64,000 nt of DNA from Anolis carolinensis (Eukaryota). The notes under the pieces are model-generated. The model worked only from the letters and a program-made list of their open reading frames with translations, was not told the origin of the DNA and made no database searches. The stretch covers positions 164,091,971 to 164,155,970 of the forward strand of contig NC_085843.1 of NCBI RefSeq assembly GCF_035594765.1. The letters run 5' to 3'. This document shows positions 1 to 13,002 of this stretch, one piece after another. Position numbers and translations under genes: made by a program. Positions within the stretch are counted from its first letter, which is position 1; each line of letters starts with the position of its first letter.

Positions 1-1091
1 TCAATCTAATCTAAATCTAAATCCATAATAAAAGTGAAAACCCATATGTGTGTATGTGGCACATATGTCTGCTCACGCAGACAGCCTCCGGCCTCCACAA
101 ACAGGCTACACTTCCCACTTCGGAGAAGCCAGCAAGTCACTACTTTACACTGACATTGCGGTTACAGCGAGCACCTTGAACATGTACCCCAACCCCTGCC
201 AATGTCCTCCCCAAACACTACAAACCACCACCCAAGGAATGCTTTCATTTGGGACCATTTCATCCTACATTTTGCTTTTTCTTCCACCACAGGCAGGCAT
301 TCCAGGGTTCTCCATTGCTGTGAAATTTGCATGGCCCCGCCTCCTGCCCTTGCACCACAGGCAGGCATCCCAAGATTCTCCATTGCTGTGGAATTTGCAT
401 GACCCTGCCCACTCCCCTTCCCTTTCCAATCTGTCTGTATAACAAACAGCAAAATTGAGCTGCAACTAAACTTACTGGAGGAGTTTGGGAGATTGAAGTT
501 GTAGTTTACCCTGCATCAAGTCAGAGCATTGTGACTCCTACTGGGGAATTTATAGGAGTTATAGTTCACCTACACCCAGAACACTATGAACCCAAGCAAT
601 TATGGGTATGGGCCAAATTTGCCATGCATACCTGATATGCCCAGATTTGGAGGGGACTTGGCCTGGCCATTTGGGAGTCGTAGGTACTAGGATTTATAGT
701 TCATCTCCAATGAATGAGCACTTCGAACCCCACCAATGATGGACCAGGACCAAACTTGCCATACAGAGCCCCCATAACCAATACAACTTATTGGACAAAT
801 TGGGGGGAAAGGGAGTTATAGTTCAGCTGCATTTGGCTCTGGGAGTTGTAGTTCACCCTTATCCAGACAGCACTGAACCCAGCCAATGACGGATCTGGAC
901 CAAACTTGGCACACTGCCTCATTGTACCCAACTATGCATACATGCAGGGTATCGGGGTGATTGACCTTTGCTCTGTCAGTTGTAGTTCACCCTTATACAG
1001 ACAGCACTGAACCCAGACAACTTCGGATCTGGACTAAACTTGGCACACAAGTTTCTCAAATGACCCGGGCACCGCCGGGTCCCCAAGCTAG
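1..1091 (+). mobile_element. Non-autonomous Helitron
   Basis: The 3' end has a GC hairpin (acccgggcaccgccgggt, 1063-1080), then CTAG at 1088-1091 and a following T. The window start has a TC/AT-rich 5'-end-like sequence. Internal subrepeats include a 69-bp-period duplication near 284-401 and repeated gagttgtagttcacc / ggaccaaacttgg units. Confidence 0.8.
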
Positions 1092-2452
1092 TAGACAATA
1101 AAGGACCAAAGTCATACCCATAGAATCAGCCTTAATTAAAGGATCCAAGTTTGAATGGATCCATTATCTGCAACTGTATCCTTTTGGCAACAAACCCACA
1201 ATATTAGATAATAAAATGGAAGGACTTGGGAGAATTAAATCAATAGCTATAGCTGGCATAAGAACTGTTTCAATTTATATTTAGAGATTTTCAAAATCTA
1301 ACAGAACTCTGCCAACAAATCTGGAAAACAGAAGAATGGTCTACAGACTGGGAATGGTCAACATATGTCTCAAGCCGCATTTATTTTTTTAAAAAATTGT
1401 TGGACCACTGAATTAATTTCCTATGGTGTCTTCTAATTTATAGTTGGGTAAAGTGCTTAGAAGTCTTTGCTGGAGAGATCAGATATACTGCGTTGTACTG
1501 GTCCACTGGAGATCTCTAGCAGAGAATTTTAAATACACCAACAAATTCCAAATCCCAAGATTCTGTAGGATGGAGCCATGATAGTTAAAGTGGTATCCAA
1601 TTGCTCCAGTCATGTAGTGTAGATACACACTGTCATTCAGTCCAATCAATCTCTTATCTCTTATCAGAAGGAAATGCACAGAGAATGTCAACAAGCCTAA
1701 AACAAGAAAAAGGTATTTATTATACATGTAGGAAGAAGATATTCTGATAATTAAGGAAGAGGTACTGCTGTTTAATTGGGAGTAAAGAGATGAGCTGCCA
1801 TAAACAACGGATCACATGTCAAAAAAACTTTGTAACTTAGCAAGCAGTGTTAACACTGCCCAGATCTACTTTCTTTATACTTTTTCAGTAACGTTCTGCT
1901 ACTTATTTTAGTCAGGAACCTATTCAGTAGCATCTGCTATAAATATACATGAATTAAATATGGTAATACAGAGCTTTCTAACCCTTTCTGTAAAATATCC
2001 ATTTCAAAAAAATGAAAAAATGCTCTTAGGTTTTTCTATAGGCATATAACAATGCAGACATAACCAGCTGTATTTATATATAGAAAGCCATATGAGAAAC
2101 CTTAATTATATTTTTAAAAACACTGCTCTACCATAAAGCTATGTTCTAAATTTTCAAAGAGTTCACCCAGTGAATATATATGCAGAATATATATAAAGTA
2201 CAAAAGTGTCGGCATTTTCCAATTCTAACCTACAAGTACATTCGTATTACTATATTTCAACAATTGTACACTGGTGACACCTCTTCAAGATAAATTTTTT
2301 AAAATAGAGAATCTCATTGTAATGTAGGTAGAGCTTGAATGAAAGTAGAATGTGTGTATGTAATACCTAATAAAGAAATGTATCTCATACTAACAGATGT
2401 GAGGGACCAGAAATTTCCCACTCAGGTTGACAAGGACAAATAAATATTTGTT

Positions 2453-2545
2453 ATAGAATCATAGAATCATAGAGTTGGAAGAGACCTCATGGGTCATCCA
2501 GTCCAACCTCCGGCCAAGAAGCAGGAAAATCACATTTAAAGCACC
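2453..2545 (-). mobile_element. CR1 LINE 3' end
   Basis: (atagaatc)n, the reverse complement of the CR1 ATTCTATG tail, followed by agttggaagagacc...catccagtccaacc. Confidence 0.85.
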
Positions 2546-2549
2546 CCCC

Positions 2550-2975
2550 TTTTTATTCTTTTCTGGAAATTTCCCAGAAACCAGCACCTGATGGCTTGTG
2601 AGCCAACACCAGTCCATGGACCAAACATTGAGAAGTATTGTACTAAGGACAATGTACTTGTGCCGCCCACAGACTGCATCCTTTGGGGAGGAGGCTCCAT
2701 TCCTGAAGTCTCCAAAAATCTCTCCCTCCTAAAAATATACATTCTGTTCTGGATTTTATGAATTAGTCTCCTGTTTTAATATTGTATGTTTCTTGTATGC
2801 TTCTTGTCGATTTTAACGATTGTTTTATTGATATTGATGTTTTACTGGTATAATTGTTTTATAGTTGTGTTACTGATATTTGATTGTTTTATCGGGCTAG
2901 GCCCCATGTAAGCCGCCCCGAGTCCCTTCGGGGAGATGGGGCGGGGTATAAAAATAAAGTTATTATTATTATTAT
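2550..2975 (+). mobile_element. L2-clade LINE 3' fragment
   Basis: Ends tgtaagccgccccgagtcccttcggggagatggggcggggtataaaaataaag(tta)n, the same tail seen on the L2 ORF2-bearing copies in this window. The 5' boundary is approximate. Confidence 0.7.
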
Positions 2976-3084
2976 AACATTTGGTCAGAAAAAAGCTACT
3001 TGGTTTAGGATAGAGGAAGCTACTTTGTGTAATATAGAAGCTGCTGCTTTATGATAAACGATTACAGCAAAAACCTTCTACTGC

Positions 3085-3530
3085 TCAATCGCATAGTCGT
3101 TTCCGACTCTTTGTGACCTTATGGACCAGTCTACGCCAGAGCTCCCTGTCGGCCGTCACCGCCCCCAGTTCCTTCAAGGTCAAGCCAGTCACTTCAAGGA
3201 TACCGTCCATCCATCGGGCCCGGGCTGTGGCGCAGGTTGGAGAGCAAGTCAGCTGAAACCAGCTGCAATGAATCACTCTGACCAGGAGGTCATGAGTTTG
3301 AGGCCCGCTCGAAGCCTATGTTTGTCTTGTCTTTGTTCTATGTTAAAAGGCATTGAATGTTTGCCTATATGTGTAATGTCCCCTTCGGGGTGAGAAGGGC
3401 GGAATATAAATGCTGTAAATAAATAAATCCATCTTGCCCTTGGTCGGCCTCTCTTCCTTTTTCCTTCCATTTTCCCCAGCATCGTGATCTTTTCCAAGCT
3501 TTCCTGTCTTCTCATGATGTGGCCAAAATA
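3085..3530 (-). mobile_element. Bov-B (RTE) LINE 3' end, interrupted by a SINE
   Basis: Translates to RRQESLEKITMLGKMEGKRKRGRPRARW|MDGILEVTGLTLKELGAVTADRELWRRLVHKVTKSRKRL, the RTE/Bov-B C-terminus, split at WM by the insert. Confidence 0.9.
3216..3425 (+). mobile_element. tRNA-derived SINE with L2-type tail (AnolisSINE2-like) nested in Bov-B
   Basis: Head gggctgtggcgcagg with a B-box-like gagtttgaggcc, and tail ccttcggggtgagaagggcgg...(aaat)n. Flanked by atccatc on both sides. Confidence 0.8.
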
Positions 3531-3582
3531 AGGCCAAAAAGCCTTTTAAACACCTTCAAAAGTGACCATGAGTGAGACAAAG

Positions 3583-3881
3583 GGCCTCGTCACACTGGCA
3601 ATTTTAGTGTCCCAAGACGCTTCCACACTGTCATGGGAACGAAGCTGCACGATGTCATGTGACTTCCGGTGGTGGCCCCACTCCCAACTGGGGTGGATGC
3701 TTCCCCCACAAAAAGAGGGCCAGCCCATGTTGTCGGTTCTCACTGGGAAGGTGACACCTCCCACATGTGATGTGGATAGTGTTAACAGGAAGGAGCAGTG
3801 TGTAGGGCAACAGATTCACCCCACTGCTCTCTCTGTACAGAGGCAAAGCGGGACACTTCAACTGCCCTTTGTGATGCGGTC
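3583..3881. mobile_element. Possible degenerate PIF/Harbinger-like MITE
   Basis: GC-richer block with imperfect inverted ends ggcctcgtcacac ... gtgatgcggtc. Confidence 0.3.
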
Positions 3882-5566
3882 GATAGTTTTATCCAGTTAA
3901 CTCAAGTGTCACCAGTGAGTTGCCTTGCTATTCTTTGAAGCTCCAGAGATGCTGGAAATAGGGCAGTATAGCTGTTTGAAATCTGAAACAGCAACAACTC
4001 TATCCTAAATAATGAACAACTCCAAGGAGGCTGAGTAGTTACTAAAAGGAATTAGACAAGTCAGGTATTTCTCTCTATGCTATCCGTTTCATTATTCATA
4101 GAGCAGAAACTGATAATAGTATTTAAGGAAAGGGAAAGGCGCATGAGAGAGACAAACCATTCTCCATAGAATTCAGACGTATTTTTGGATCTAATATATT
4201 TCACACATTTTGAAACCAAAGGCAAAAATGGGATGGAGTGTTCCACAGTGATCATTTTTTCAAACTTCAAATTCTAGCTCCTTTGAGAACCGGAGTCTCT
4301 CTTTAGTTAACAGCCAACACCTCTTCTTTCTTGGCTTTACCACCCTAGGTCTTGTAAAAACATTTTTTAATGCAAAAAAGCCAAAAAAAGATCCTGATAT
4401 GCAGATTTGAAACATATCTTTTGATTAAAGAACCAAACTTGAGACTACACTCAGCATTGAATATATTTATTATTGATTACATTTTTATCTCATTTTTCTC
4501 TAAGGATCTCATAGATCAAATACCTTTGCAGAGGCAAAGGTATTTTGTTTAAAAGAAAAGTTTAAAATTCCTTTAAATATTTCCCCTCTTTTTCTTTAAT
4601 AGAAATCACCGTTTCTCTTGTTTAAATTTTAAATGGAGAGATACAGCAAAAATTTGGGTAGTTATTGAGCTGATACTGTTTCCAAAAAGAGACAGGGAAC
4701 TATATATTTGAAAAAACCTTATCCCCATGAAACCTGCTCCGTTTAACTTTAATTTCATTAATGTCACCATTCCCTTCAACTGATTTTCATACACTTACCA
4801 ATGGACTCTGAATGGGTGACTAGTTTGTATCCTCAATTTGGTGTCCAGTTTGGAACTAACAAGATGGACAATTTCAAACTCTCTGTTTTCTCTTTATCTT
4901 TAAATAAGACTTGGACAAGAAAAACCCGGAAAAGAAAGGACCGAACTCTGAAATGCCAGGCACATGACCACCCTAAATCTATTTAGCTTATAATGCTGAT
5001 ACAACAGACCCATGTAAATAGCATCTCCATTGATTTGGTCCTCTGAAAACATCCAGATATTTCAGGTATTCTTCGAATCAACTAGAAAAAGAAATTATAT
5101 TATGTGAAAGCTTAATTACATAAATAAACATGGATGCCAATAGGGAGTTCATTTTCAACTGGGTAAGATTTACTTGGCAGTGTGGGGTAACTTAAACATA
5201 ACACGGAAGCCGCATGTAACACTATTTTTTAGAAATAAAACCAGCCTGAAGTGGACAAACTGAGACTAGGAATGTTTAATCCTTTCCTGCCAGATATTAT
5301 TAACTGGCATATTGTTAGAATAGAACAAAAGCTGCTAGTTAATTAAATTCTGTTAACTAAACAACTTACTGAGAATTATCAACTACACAGAACTCCATAA
5401 GAGCTCTTCATTGTTGCGAATGTCCTATGCTGGCATAAGCAGAGGTGTCCACACAACCAGGCTGAAGCGAGAGGTGAGCTCCAGAGATTTAGGGTGGGGG
5501 ATGAAAACCACTTTACAATGCTCATCCCCAGGTAACCTATCTTAGAATCCACACTAGTGTTCAGAT

Positions 5567-6334
5567 CAGGCCCAGTCCAACGTGGAGGCCGATGAAGCTG
5601 CCGCGTTGAGTACACGTCAAGAGGGAGCACTGTCGAGGCCTCGACAGCGCCCCCGTGTAAATTTACCGAGGAGGGAGGCGGCGGCAGGGACCATCGCCTC
5701 CCTCCTCAGCGGCCTCAACTGAGGCCTAGCTCTTCTTAGCTAGGTCTCAGTTGAGGCCTTCGCTAAGGAGAGAGGCGATGGTCCCCGCCGCCGCTGCCGC
5801 CTCCCTCCTCGATGAACGCAGAAGGCCTCATCTGAGGCCTAGCTCTTCTCGCGAGGACTCGCGAGACCTCACGAGAAGAGCTAGGCATCAGAAGAGGTCT
5901 TCCGCGTTCGCCGAGAGGGGAGGCGGCGGCAGGGACCATTGCCTCCCTCCTCGGCGAAGGCCTCAACTTTCATCGAGGAGGGAGGCGATGGTCCCTGCCG
6001 CCACCTCCCTCCTAGGCGAACGTGGAAGGCCTCATTTGAGGCCTAGCTCTTCTGGTCTCCGCCACCGCTTCCCCCCTCGGCGAACGCGGAAGGCCTCATC
6101 TGAGGCCTAGCTCTTCTCGCGAGAAGAGCTAGGCCTCAGATGAGGCCTTCCGCGTTCGCCAAGGGGGGAGGTGGCGGCAGGGACCATCTCCTCCCTCCAC
6201 GGCAAACGCGGAAGGCCTTATGACGACAACGAAGGAGATATTGTGCGGGGCCTTGGGGGTGGGGGGCGCAATTTCAGACGGGGGCGTGGCCACTAGGTTT
6301 GCTTACAAGGCGAAATTACCTAGGGCCGCCCCTG
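5567..6334. mobile_element. Non-autonomous hAT transposon with GC-rich palindromic minisatellite interior
   Basis: CAGG...CCTG termini and a perfect 8-bp TSD GTTCAGAT (5559-5566 and 6335-6342). The interior consists of inverted and direct units of gaaggcctcatctgaggcctagctcttc. Confidence 0.9.
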
Positions 6335-6419
6335 GTTCAGATAATGAATTCTGGAAATGGTTGTCAGTGGAAACTGCAGAATTCACAGGGAAAACTGAAG
6401 ATTACTCTTCAGTATCTGG

Positions 6420-6829
6420 AGACTCTGGTGGCACAGCAGGTTAGCCTCAGCTTCTGCCAACCTAGCAGTTTGAAAACATGCAAATGGGAGTAGATCAATA
6501 GGTAAAGGTAAAGCTAAAGCTTTTCCCCTGACATTGTCCAGTCATGTCTGACTCTGGGGGATGATGCTCATCTCCATTTCTAAGCTGAAGAGCCGGCATT
6601 GTCCATAGATACCTCCAAGGTCATGTGGCCAGCATGACTGCATGGAGTGCCGCTACCCTTTGGCGGGAAGGTACTAGGTAGCGGCACTCCATGCAATCAT
6701 GCCGGCCACAAAACCTTGAAGGTGTCTATGGACAACGCCGGCTCTTCAGCTTAGAAATGGAGATGAGCATCACCTCCCAGAGTCAGACATGACTGGACAA
6801 TGTCAGGGAAAAATCTTTATCTTTACCTT
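6420..6829 (+). mobile_element. Sauria SINE containing an inverted duplicate of its own 3' half
   Basis: Sauria core ttctgccaacctagcagtttgaaaacatg and a (ttacc)-type tail. 6501-6657 is the reverse complement of 6677-6829. Confidence 0.9.
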
Positions 6830-6914
6830 CAGTGTCTGAATAAATAACAAAAGAATGGCTTGTGAGCAAAAGCAAATGTGTACATACAAAGAAACAATGA
6901 GATTTCACCCTCAC

Positions 6915-7120
6915 TGCTATGGGCTTGCAAGTTGAGTCTGACTGATGGAGACTCTGCCATAGGGTTTCCTTGGAAAGATTTATATAGAGGTTTGCCATTG
7001 CTTTCCCTGAGGCTAAAACAGTGTGACTTGCTCCAGTGAGTTTCCATGACTGAGTGGGAATACAAATTCTGGTCTCCTAGAATTCTAGTCCAGTATTCAA
7101 CCACTACACTACAGAGACTC
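6915..7120 (-). mobile_element. tRNA-derived SINE with Bov-B-like tail
   Basis: The reverse complement has a tgtagtgtagtggttgaa tRNA-like head and the gcaatggcaaacctc motif. A related + strand copy lies at 41255-41450. Confidence 0.7.
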
Positions 7121-7808
7121 TCCATATTCTCAATTGAATTAGTTAAAGCAGGTTGTGTGATGCATTTCAATATTTACACGCAACAACGGAAACAAATAAA
7201 TAGAAATGGTAGATGCCAAAGTAAGCATTCATTTCCCTGACGTGAAAGTAAAATACTTTTGTACAGAAAAAAGACCACTGAAATCTTGTATAAATAGTAT
7301 CAACGTGTGGTAGTGAGGGGGAAAAAATAAAGAATAAAAGAAACCTATGTACATCATTTCAAATGCTGTTATAAACAAAAATGCTGTAATGAACTCTGTC
7401 ACAAGAGGAACTGAGACTGAAGCAACTGTATTATATTTGATATGAAAATAAATCTATTGGGACCTATCCAGCAATGTGTCAGGTTTTTTCAATTAGCTGA
7501 CCACAGCTAGCGGACAATGAACAACACGGTGACTTCTTGGTATTTAGAGCTGTGCAGAGTCTGCGATGGTGAACCACAAATATTTCTAAAGAAAAATTAT
7601 ATTGAAGGGTGATGGTTCATTTTTCCCCCACACCAAATTGGCTCCGATGACAATGCGTTTATTCAGTCTCTAAAGTCTTTTGTACTTACTTTATAGGAAT
7701 ATTCCAACATAAAAATTAAAAACCACACTCAATCTAAAAAAAAAAAATGGCACGTTTAATCAATCAAAATGGACTACAATATCCTGGTTAGCCCAAATAT
7801 TTCTAATA

Positions 7809-8131
7809 CAGTAGAGTCTCACTTTTCCAACATAAACGGGCCGGCAGAACGTTGGATAAGCGAATATACTGGATAATAAGGAGAGATTAAGGAGAAGCCT
7901 ATTAGACATCAAATTAGGTTATGATTTTACAGATTAAGTCCCAAAACATCATGTTATACAACAAATTTGACAGAAAAAGTAGTTCATTATGCAGTAATGC
8001 TACGTAGTAATTACTGTATTTACGAATTTAGCACCAAAATATCACAATGTATTGAAAGCATTGACTACAAAAATGCGTTGGATAATCCAGAATGTTGGAT
8101 AAGCGAATGTTGGATAAGTGAGACTCTACTG
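7809..8131. mobile_element. Tc1/mariner (Tigger-like) MITE, copy 1
   Basis: Terminal inverted repeats (TIRs) cagtagagtctcactt...aagtgagactctactg, TA TSD, 323 bp. Confidence 0.95.
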
Positions 8132-8166
8132 TATATGTAACCTTTTCAATACATATCATAATTTCT

Positions 8167-8481
8167 GGAGCACCCGGTAGCACAATGGATTGAACTGCTG
8201 AATTTGCTGACTGAAAGGTCAGCGGTTCAAATCCAGGGAGCGGGATGAGCTCCCACTGTTAGCCCCAACTTCTGCCAACCTAGCAGTTTGAAAACATGTG
8301 AGTAGATAAATAGGTACTGCTCCGACGGGACAGTAACGACACTCCATGCAGTCATGCTGGCCACATGACCTTGGAGGTGTCTATGGACAACGCCGGCTCT
8401 TCGGCTTAGAAATGGAGATGAGCACCAACTCCCAGAGTCGGACACGACGAGACTTAATGTCAGGGGAAAATCTTTACCTTT
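8167..8481 (+). mobile_element. Sauria SINE
   Basis: ggagcacccggtagcac head, ggttcaaatcc B box, Sauria core and ctttaccttt tail. Confidence 0.9.
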
Positions 8482-11400
8482 GCTATCATAATTTCTATTA
8501 TATTATAAGAAGGCCTTTGTTTGGGAAGTTTTCCCATTTACAATACATTTCTAAAGAGCTTTTAATATTTAAGTGTCCTTTTCATACTGGATGGTAATTT
8601 CTCATACCAAAAATTTAAAAGAAGAGTTAAAAAGTATGTTTAGTCTGTGATTTTAGTATGTTAATAGTTGTTTAAAAGGTATATTCTAGATAAAGTAGCT
8701 TTTAAAATTTATCTATTGATGGTAGAAATGGTAGAGCCTCTCCAATTCATTCCCATTTATAAAAAGAGTCTAGAATTAAGTCTGGCATGATTTCATAATT
8801 TCTGCTAACTGGTAAATATAGATATGGATTATGGACAAGAACATTCTTTCTCACTGGGATCACTATGGGTTACAAGAGCCTTAAAATATGAAAATTGGTT
8901 TCTTGAAAGCATCAAAGTTTAAAAGAACTACCAACAAACTAATGATTAGTCATAATACACTTGTTTGCTTAATATATATAAGAAATAGATATCTTTTAAA
9001 TGCATACTTCTGCAAGTCTTCAATATACTTTTTTGTGTAATTTGATACTGCAGCAAGGTCTGCCACTTTAATTGTTTTGTGCATTTAATACATTCATTAT
9101 AAACATTCAAAGGGATCTTTAAATGTCTTCCCAAAGTAACAAATCTCATTTTACTTCAGGTATTTCTGAATATAGCTGTGCTATGGGAGAAATGTAGGAA
9201 AGACTTTAAAAATGTCAATTTTAAGGTCAAAAGTTATGTAAGCTAATACTCTTGACCAAGGTGTTCGATGCATAGCTATATATTCCCTGAAGTTAAATAA
9301 ACTGAAATAATGCCTCGAAGAAAAGGCATTCATTTATTTACTCCACTTTCTATTGTTAACACTAATAATACATTTATACATATTAAAATTGTAAGATAAT
9401 TCTTTTGTGTCTTTTATGCCAGATACTGTTATTTAAATGAACCCACAGGCAGCAGTGTAATGAAGAAATGCATGTTTTGCTTAACTCACTTATCAACTCG
9501 CATTCTCGCAAAATGAGAATTTGTGCTTCCATTCATTCAGAGAGAAAACTGGAGGTCACTGTATTCATTGTAGACCTTTTAAAAGCATTTCAACATTGAA
9601 TAATTATGAGCGGTGGCTTCTGAAATTACCTGTATTCATTGTGAGAAAGGGAAAAAAACTTTTTATCTTTTGTAATGAAGCACACTTGCACCAACAAACT
9701 TTGCAGCTTGCTTAAAATGGTAATTTTATTATAGCAAGTTCTATTTGCCAAAGAAAGAGAAAGAACCCTCATTTAAAAATATACAGATAGTATTTATTTA
9801 ATTTTACTTTTCTTGAATTTTAGGTTCCATCTGCAGCCATAATACAGATGCAAGAATCCTGCGTTTAGCTTCTGCATATGTTATCAGTTACAAACTGCTG
9901 CCTGCTATGAAAAGACACTGCTTCTCTTGCAGTTTCAAATTTCTTTTGCATTTCATTCGGAGTCGAAGGTTTGATACAACTGGAAACTTGCTAAGTTTCA
10001 GCATTACGAGTAAAAATATATTTTAATTGCAAACTCCAAACTGTAGAAAAACCACCAATTCCTGTTAAGAATATTAACCTATGGGAAAGAACAATGGCTA
10101 AATTATTATAAAAAGGGCAGTGTAAGAGTGAATAATAATATGGACAATAAGAAGCACAAAAACAAAACTATGCTTCTCTGTGACTGAGCATTTAAGAAAT
10201 ATATGTATTTGTGAGAGAGGGGGGTTCAATGTTCAGGTACTGTAGCTTTGGAAGAAACCCAATGACTAGGCTAATTCCATCATCCAGCTTCCAAAAAACA
10301 GGTAGCTGTGTTGGCACATAATTCTTGGCATTCCGCAATAGCAAAGCATCATTATCTCTAAGAACAGGATGCGTGAACTATACATCTCCACTGAAACACA
10401 TGGATTACGAAGTTTACTAGAGTCAAGTGATTGTGTTTGCTTAACTCTGTTGACATGTAAGATAATGAGTCTTGTGGAAAAGAACTGAAGTTCTACCCAG
10501 TTTTTTTCCTACTTGTATGACTCTGAGAAAAGCTGATTAAATTCTCTGCCACTTAATCAAGTAAGAGAGACAAGTAAAAAATGCTACAAAACCCAACTTT
10601 TGGATAGTTAAAGAAAAATTTCTACAGCATAGACATGTAATAAAATACACTAGGGCTTTTCCATAGTCTAGAATCTGTTGCTTTGAAATAAACAGGGTTG
10701 CTTTATCTGTTAATCCAGCTCCTGGAGGGTTAGCCATCAATCCTTTTGTGCCCAGTAAAGCTCCAATTCTCCAAGTGGTTCTAAGTAAATTGTAGTCAGA
10801 TGAAAACAATGAACAAGTGCAGTGGTTTAACTTGTGTTGCTCTTATAATTGGCTAATTTCACATGAGTAACAGACAAGCTAGTAATTCAAAACTGCTAAA
10901 AATAATTACTAAGTTGCTGTAATTTTATCATCAGCCTAAGGCTATAAGGTTATATTTGACCAAAAGTAATTGTGCAAGTTCTTGTAACTATCAATCATCG
11001 ATTGAAAAGAGTCACGACACAGTATCTAATGCCTTCCTGCTATAACTTAGTTAAAACTGTCAACTGTAGCACAAAGTTGAAGCAAAATATTCACTTTGGA
11101 GCAAAATATTCTCCTTGAAGATAAGGCCAACCATCTAATGTAGGTCAATCCATGCAATCTAGTCCACAGGAAGATACAAGCAAATTGCAATTGCACTGAT
11201 CCATACCAGGAAATGATGGGATATAGAATCAATTAATCAACATTTATTAGTTTTTTTTAGTGTTGTCACCTTCTTCTCTCATCAGCGAAGCCATCTAGTG
11301 ATGGACAGGGGTTCTCCTAGAGCTCTGTAGCTGTCCAACAGCAGTGATAATGACAGGAAAGGTAAAGTTGACAGTTCTGCCATGCTGAATAATTTTTGGT

Positions 11401-11586
11401 CTGGCTGGATCATGTAGATTCTGCTTCGCAACCACTGTGGGCCAGTGATGAAGCTATTTCAATTAATCTCTTAATTGTTCAAGGAGGGTTTGCTATCACC
11501 AAACCAAACTTTACATGGAATTTTAACCATGACAACAGGGTTGTTGAAAATCTCTCAATATGTGCTTTGAAATCTCAGCAAAAGTA

Positions 11587-11909
11587 CAGTAGAGTCTCAC
11601 TTATCCAAGCCTCGCTTATCCAAGCTTCTGGATAATCCAAGCCATTTTTGTAGTCAATGTTTTCAATATATCATGATATTTTGGTGCTAAATTCGTAAAT
11701 ACAGTAATTACAACATAACATTACTGCATATTGAACTACTTTTTCTGTCAATTTTGTTGTCTAACATGATGTTTTGGTGCTTAATTTGTAAAATCATAAC
11801 CTAATTTGATGTTTAATAGGCTTTTCCTTAATCCCTTCTTATTATCCAAGATATTCACTTATCCAAGCTCCTGCCGGCCCGTTTAGCTTGGATAAGTGAG
11901 ACTCTACTG
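11587..11909. mobile_element. Tc1/mariner MITE, copy 2
   Basis: Same TIRs and TA TSD, 323 bp. Confidence 0.95.
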
Positions 11910-12124
11910 TATTTGGAGAATCAGCATTTTCCAAAGCTGTTAAATAAATTTTAAAAATAATGTTCTGTAAAGCATGTGTGCCAAAATTAATAAATGGCCT
12001 AAATATACTTTGTAAAATCTCCCTTATATTTGTTGCATATCATTTCCTAAAATAGATAAAAAGGGATGTGGAGGTTATTAAGTATTTTCTGTAGCTATGA
12101 AATGGCTGCAACCACCTGCATATA

Positions 12125-12447
12125 CAGTAGAGTCTCGTTTATCCAACACTCGCTTATCCAAAGTTCTGGATTATCCAATGCATTTTTGTAGTCAATGTTT
12201 TTAATACATCATGATATTTTGGTGCTGAATTTGTAAATACAGTAATTACTACATAGCATTACTGTGTATTGAACTACTTTTTCTGTCAAATTTGTTGTAT
12301 AACATGATGTTTTGGTGCTTAATTTGTAAAATCATAACCTAATTTAATGTTTAATAGACTTTTCCTTAATCTCTCCTTATTATCCAACATATTCGATTAT
12401 CCAATGTTCTGCTGGCCCATTTACTTTGGATAAGCGAGACTCTACTG
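12125..12447. mobile_element. Tc1/mariner MITE, copy 3
   Basis: Same TIRs and TA TSD, 323 bp. Confidence 0.95.
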
Positions 12448-12804
12448 TATTCAGGACAGGGAGAACAAGGAGGCAGGTAGCATAAATTTACCACCCTCTG
12501 GATTTTTTCTTTGATATTGCCCTGTTTGAGAAGCACTGATAAGTGAACTCATGCAAGAACCCACCAAAATACATAATACACAGCATTTGTTGCAAAAACC
12601 AATTTCAATGTTCTGTCGTTTGCAATCTGATCTAGTTTCCATGCATCCAGCCTACAATCCATTAAAGTTTGCATTAGTTCTATGTCCTGTAACACTCATT
12701 AGCAAGCGATAATAATACAAATTTAACTAAGGGTGAGAAATAATGGATGACAGTATGCAGAAAATTACTGTTGTAATTTTGAACTTCTTGGAGCATAGGA
12801 AAAA

Positions 12805-13002
12805 GGCTTTTTTATAGTGTCAAAAGTGAATTGAAGCAAGTCACTTCTGGTGTGAAAGAATTGGCTGTCTTCAAAAACATTATCTCATGTCCATGCATGG
12901 GAAGCTAGGGCTGGGTCACCCGTTCTCTCGGATTCGAACCGCCAACCTTCAAGTCAGCAGTTCAAGTCACAAGGGTTTAACCCATTATGCCACTGAAGCT
13001 CC
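12805..13002 (-). mobile_element. Sauria-related SINE, internally deleted
   Basis: Reverse complement starts ggagcttcagtggcataatggg with a ggttcgaatcc B box. Its 3' part resembles the copies at 15978 and 20191. Confidence 0.7.

Noticed and set aside
5751-6110. Arg/Ser-rich 119-aa ORF or CpG-island promoter
   Set aside because: It lies wholly inside a TSD-bounded hAT element and is a translation of its minisatellite.
7809-8131. Recurrent 323-bp repeats as a CRISPR-like or regulatory array
   Set aside because: They are dispersed, with TIRs and TA TSDs, so they are MITEs. No repeat-spacer periodicity exists in the window.
9823-9969. Possible + strand exon after ttttag
   Set aside because: No recognisable protein, a weak donor, and antisense to VTI1A.
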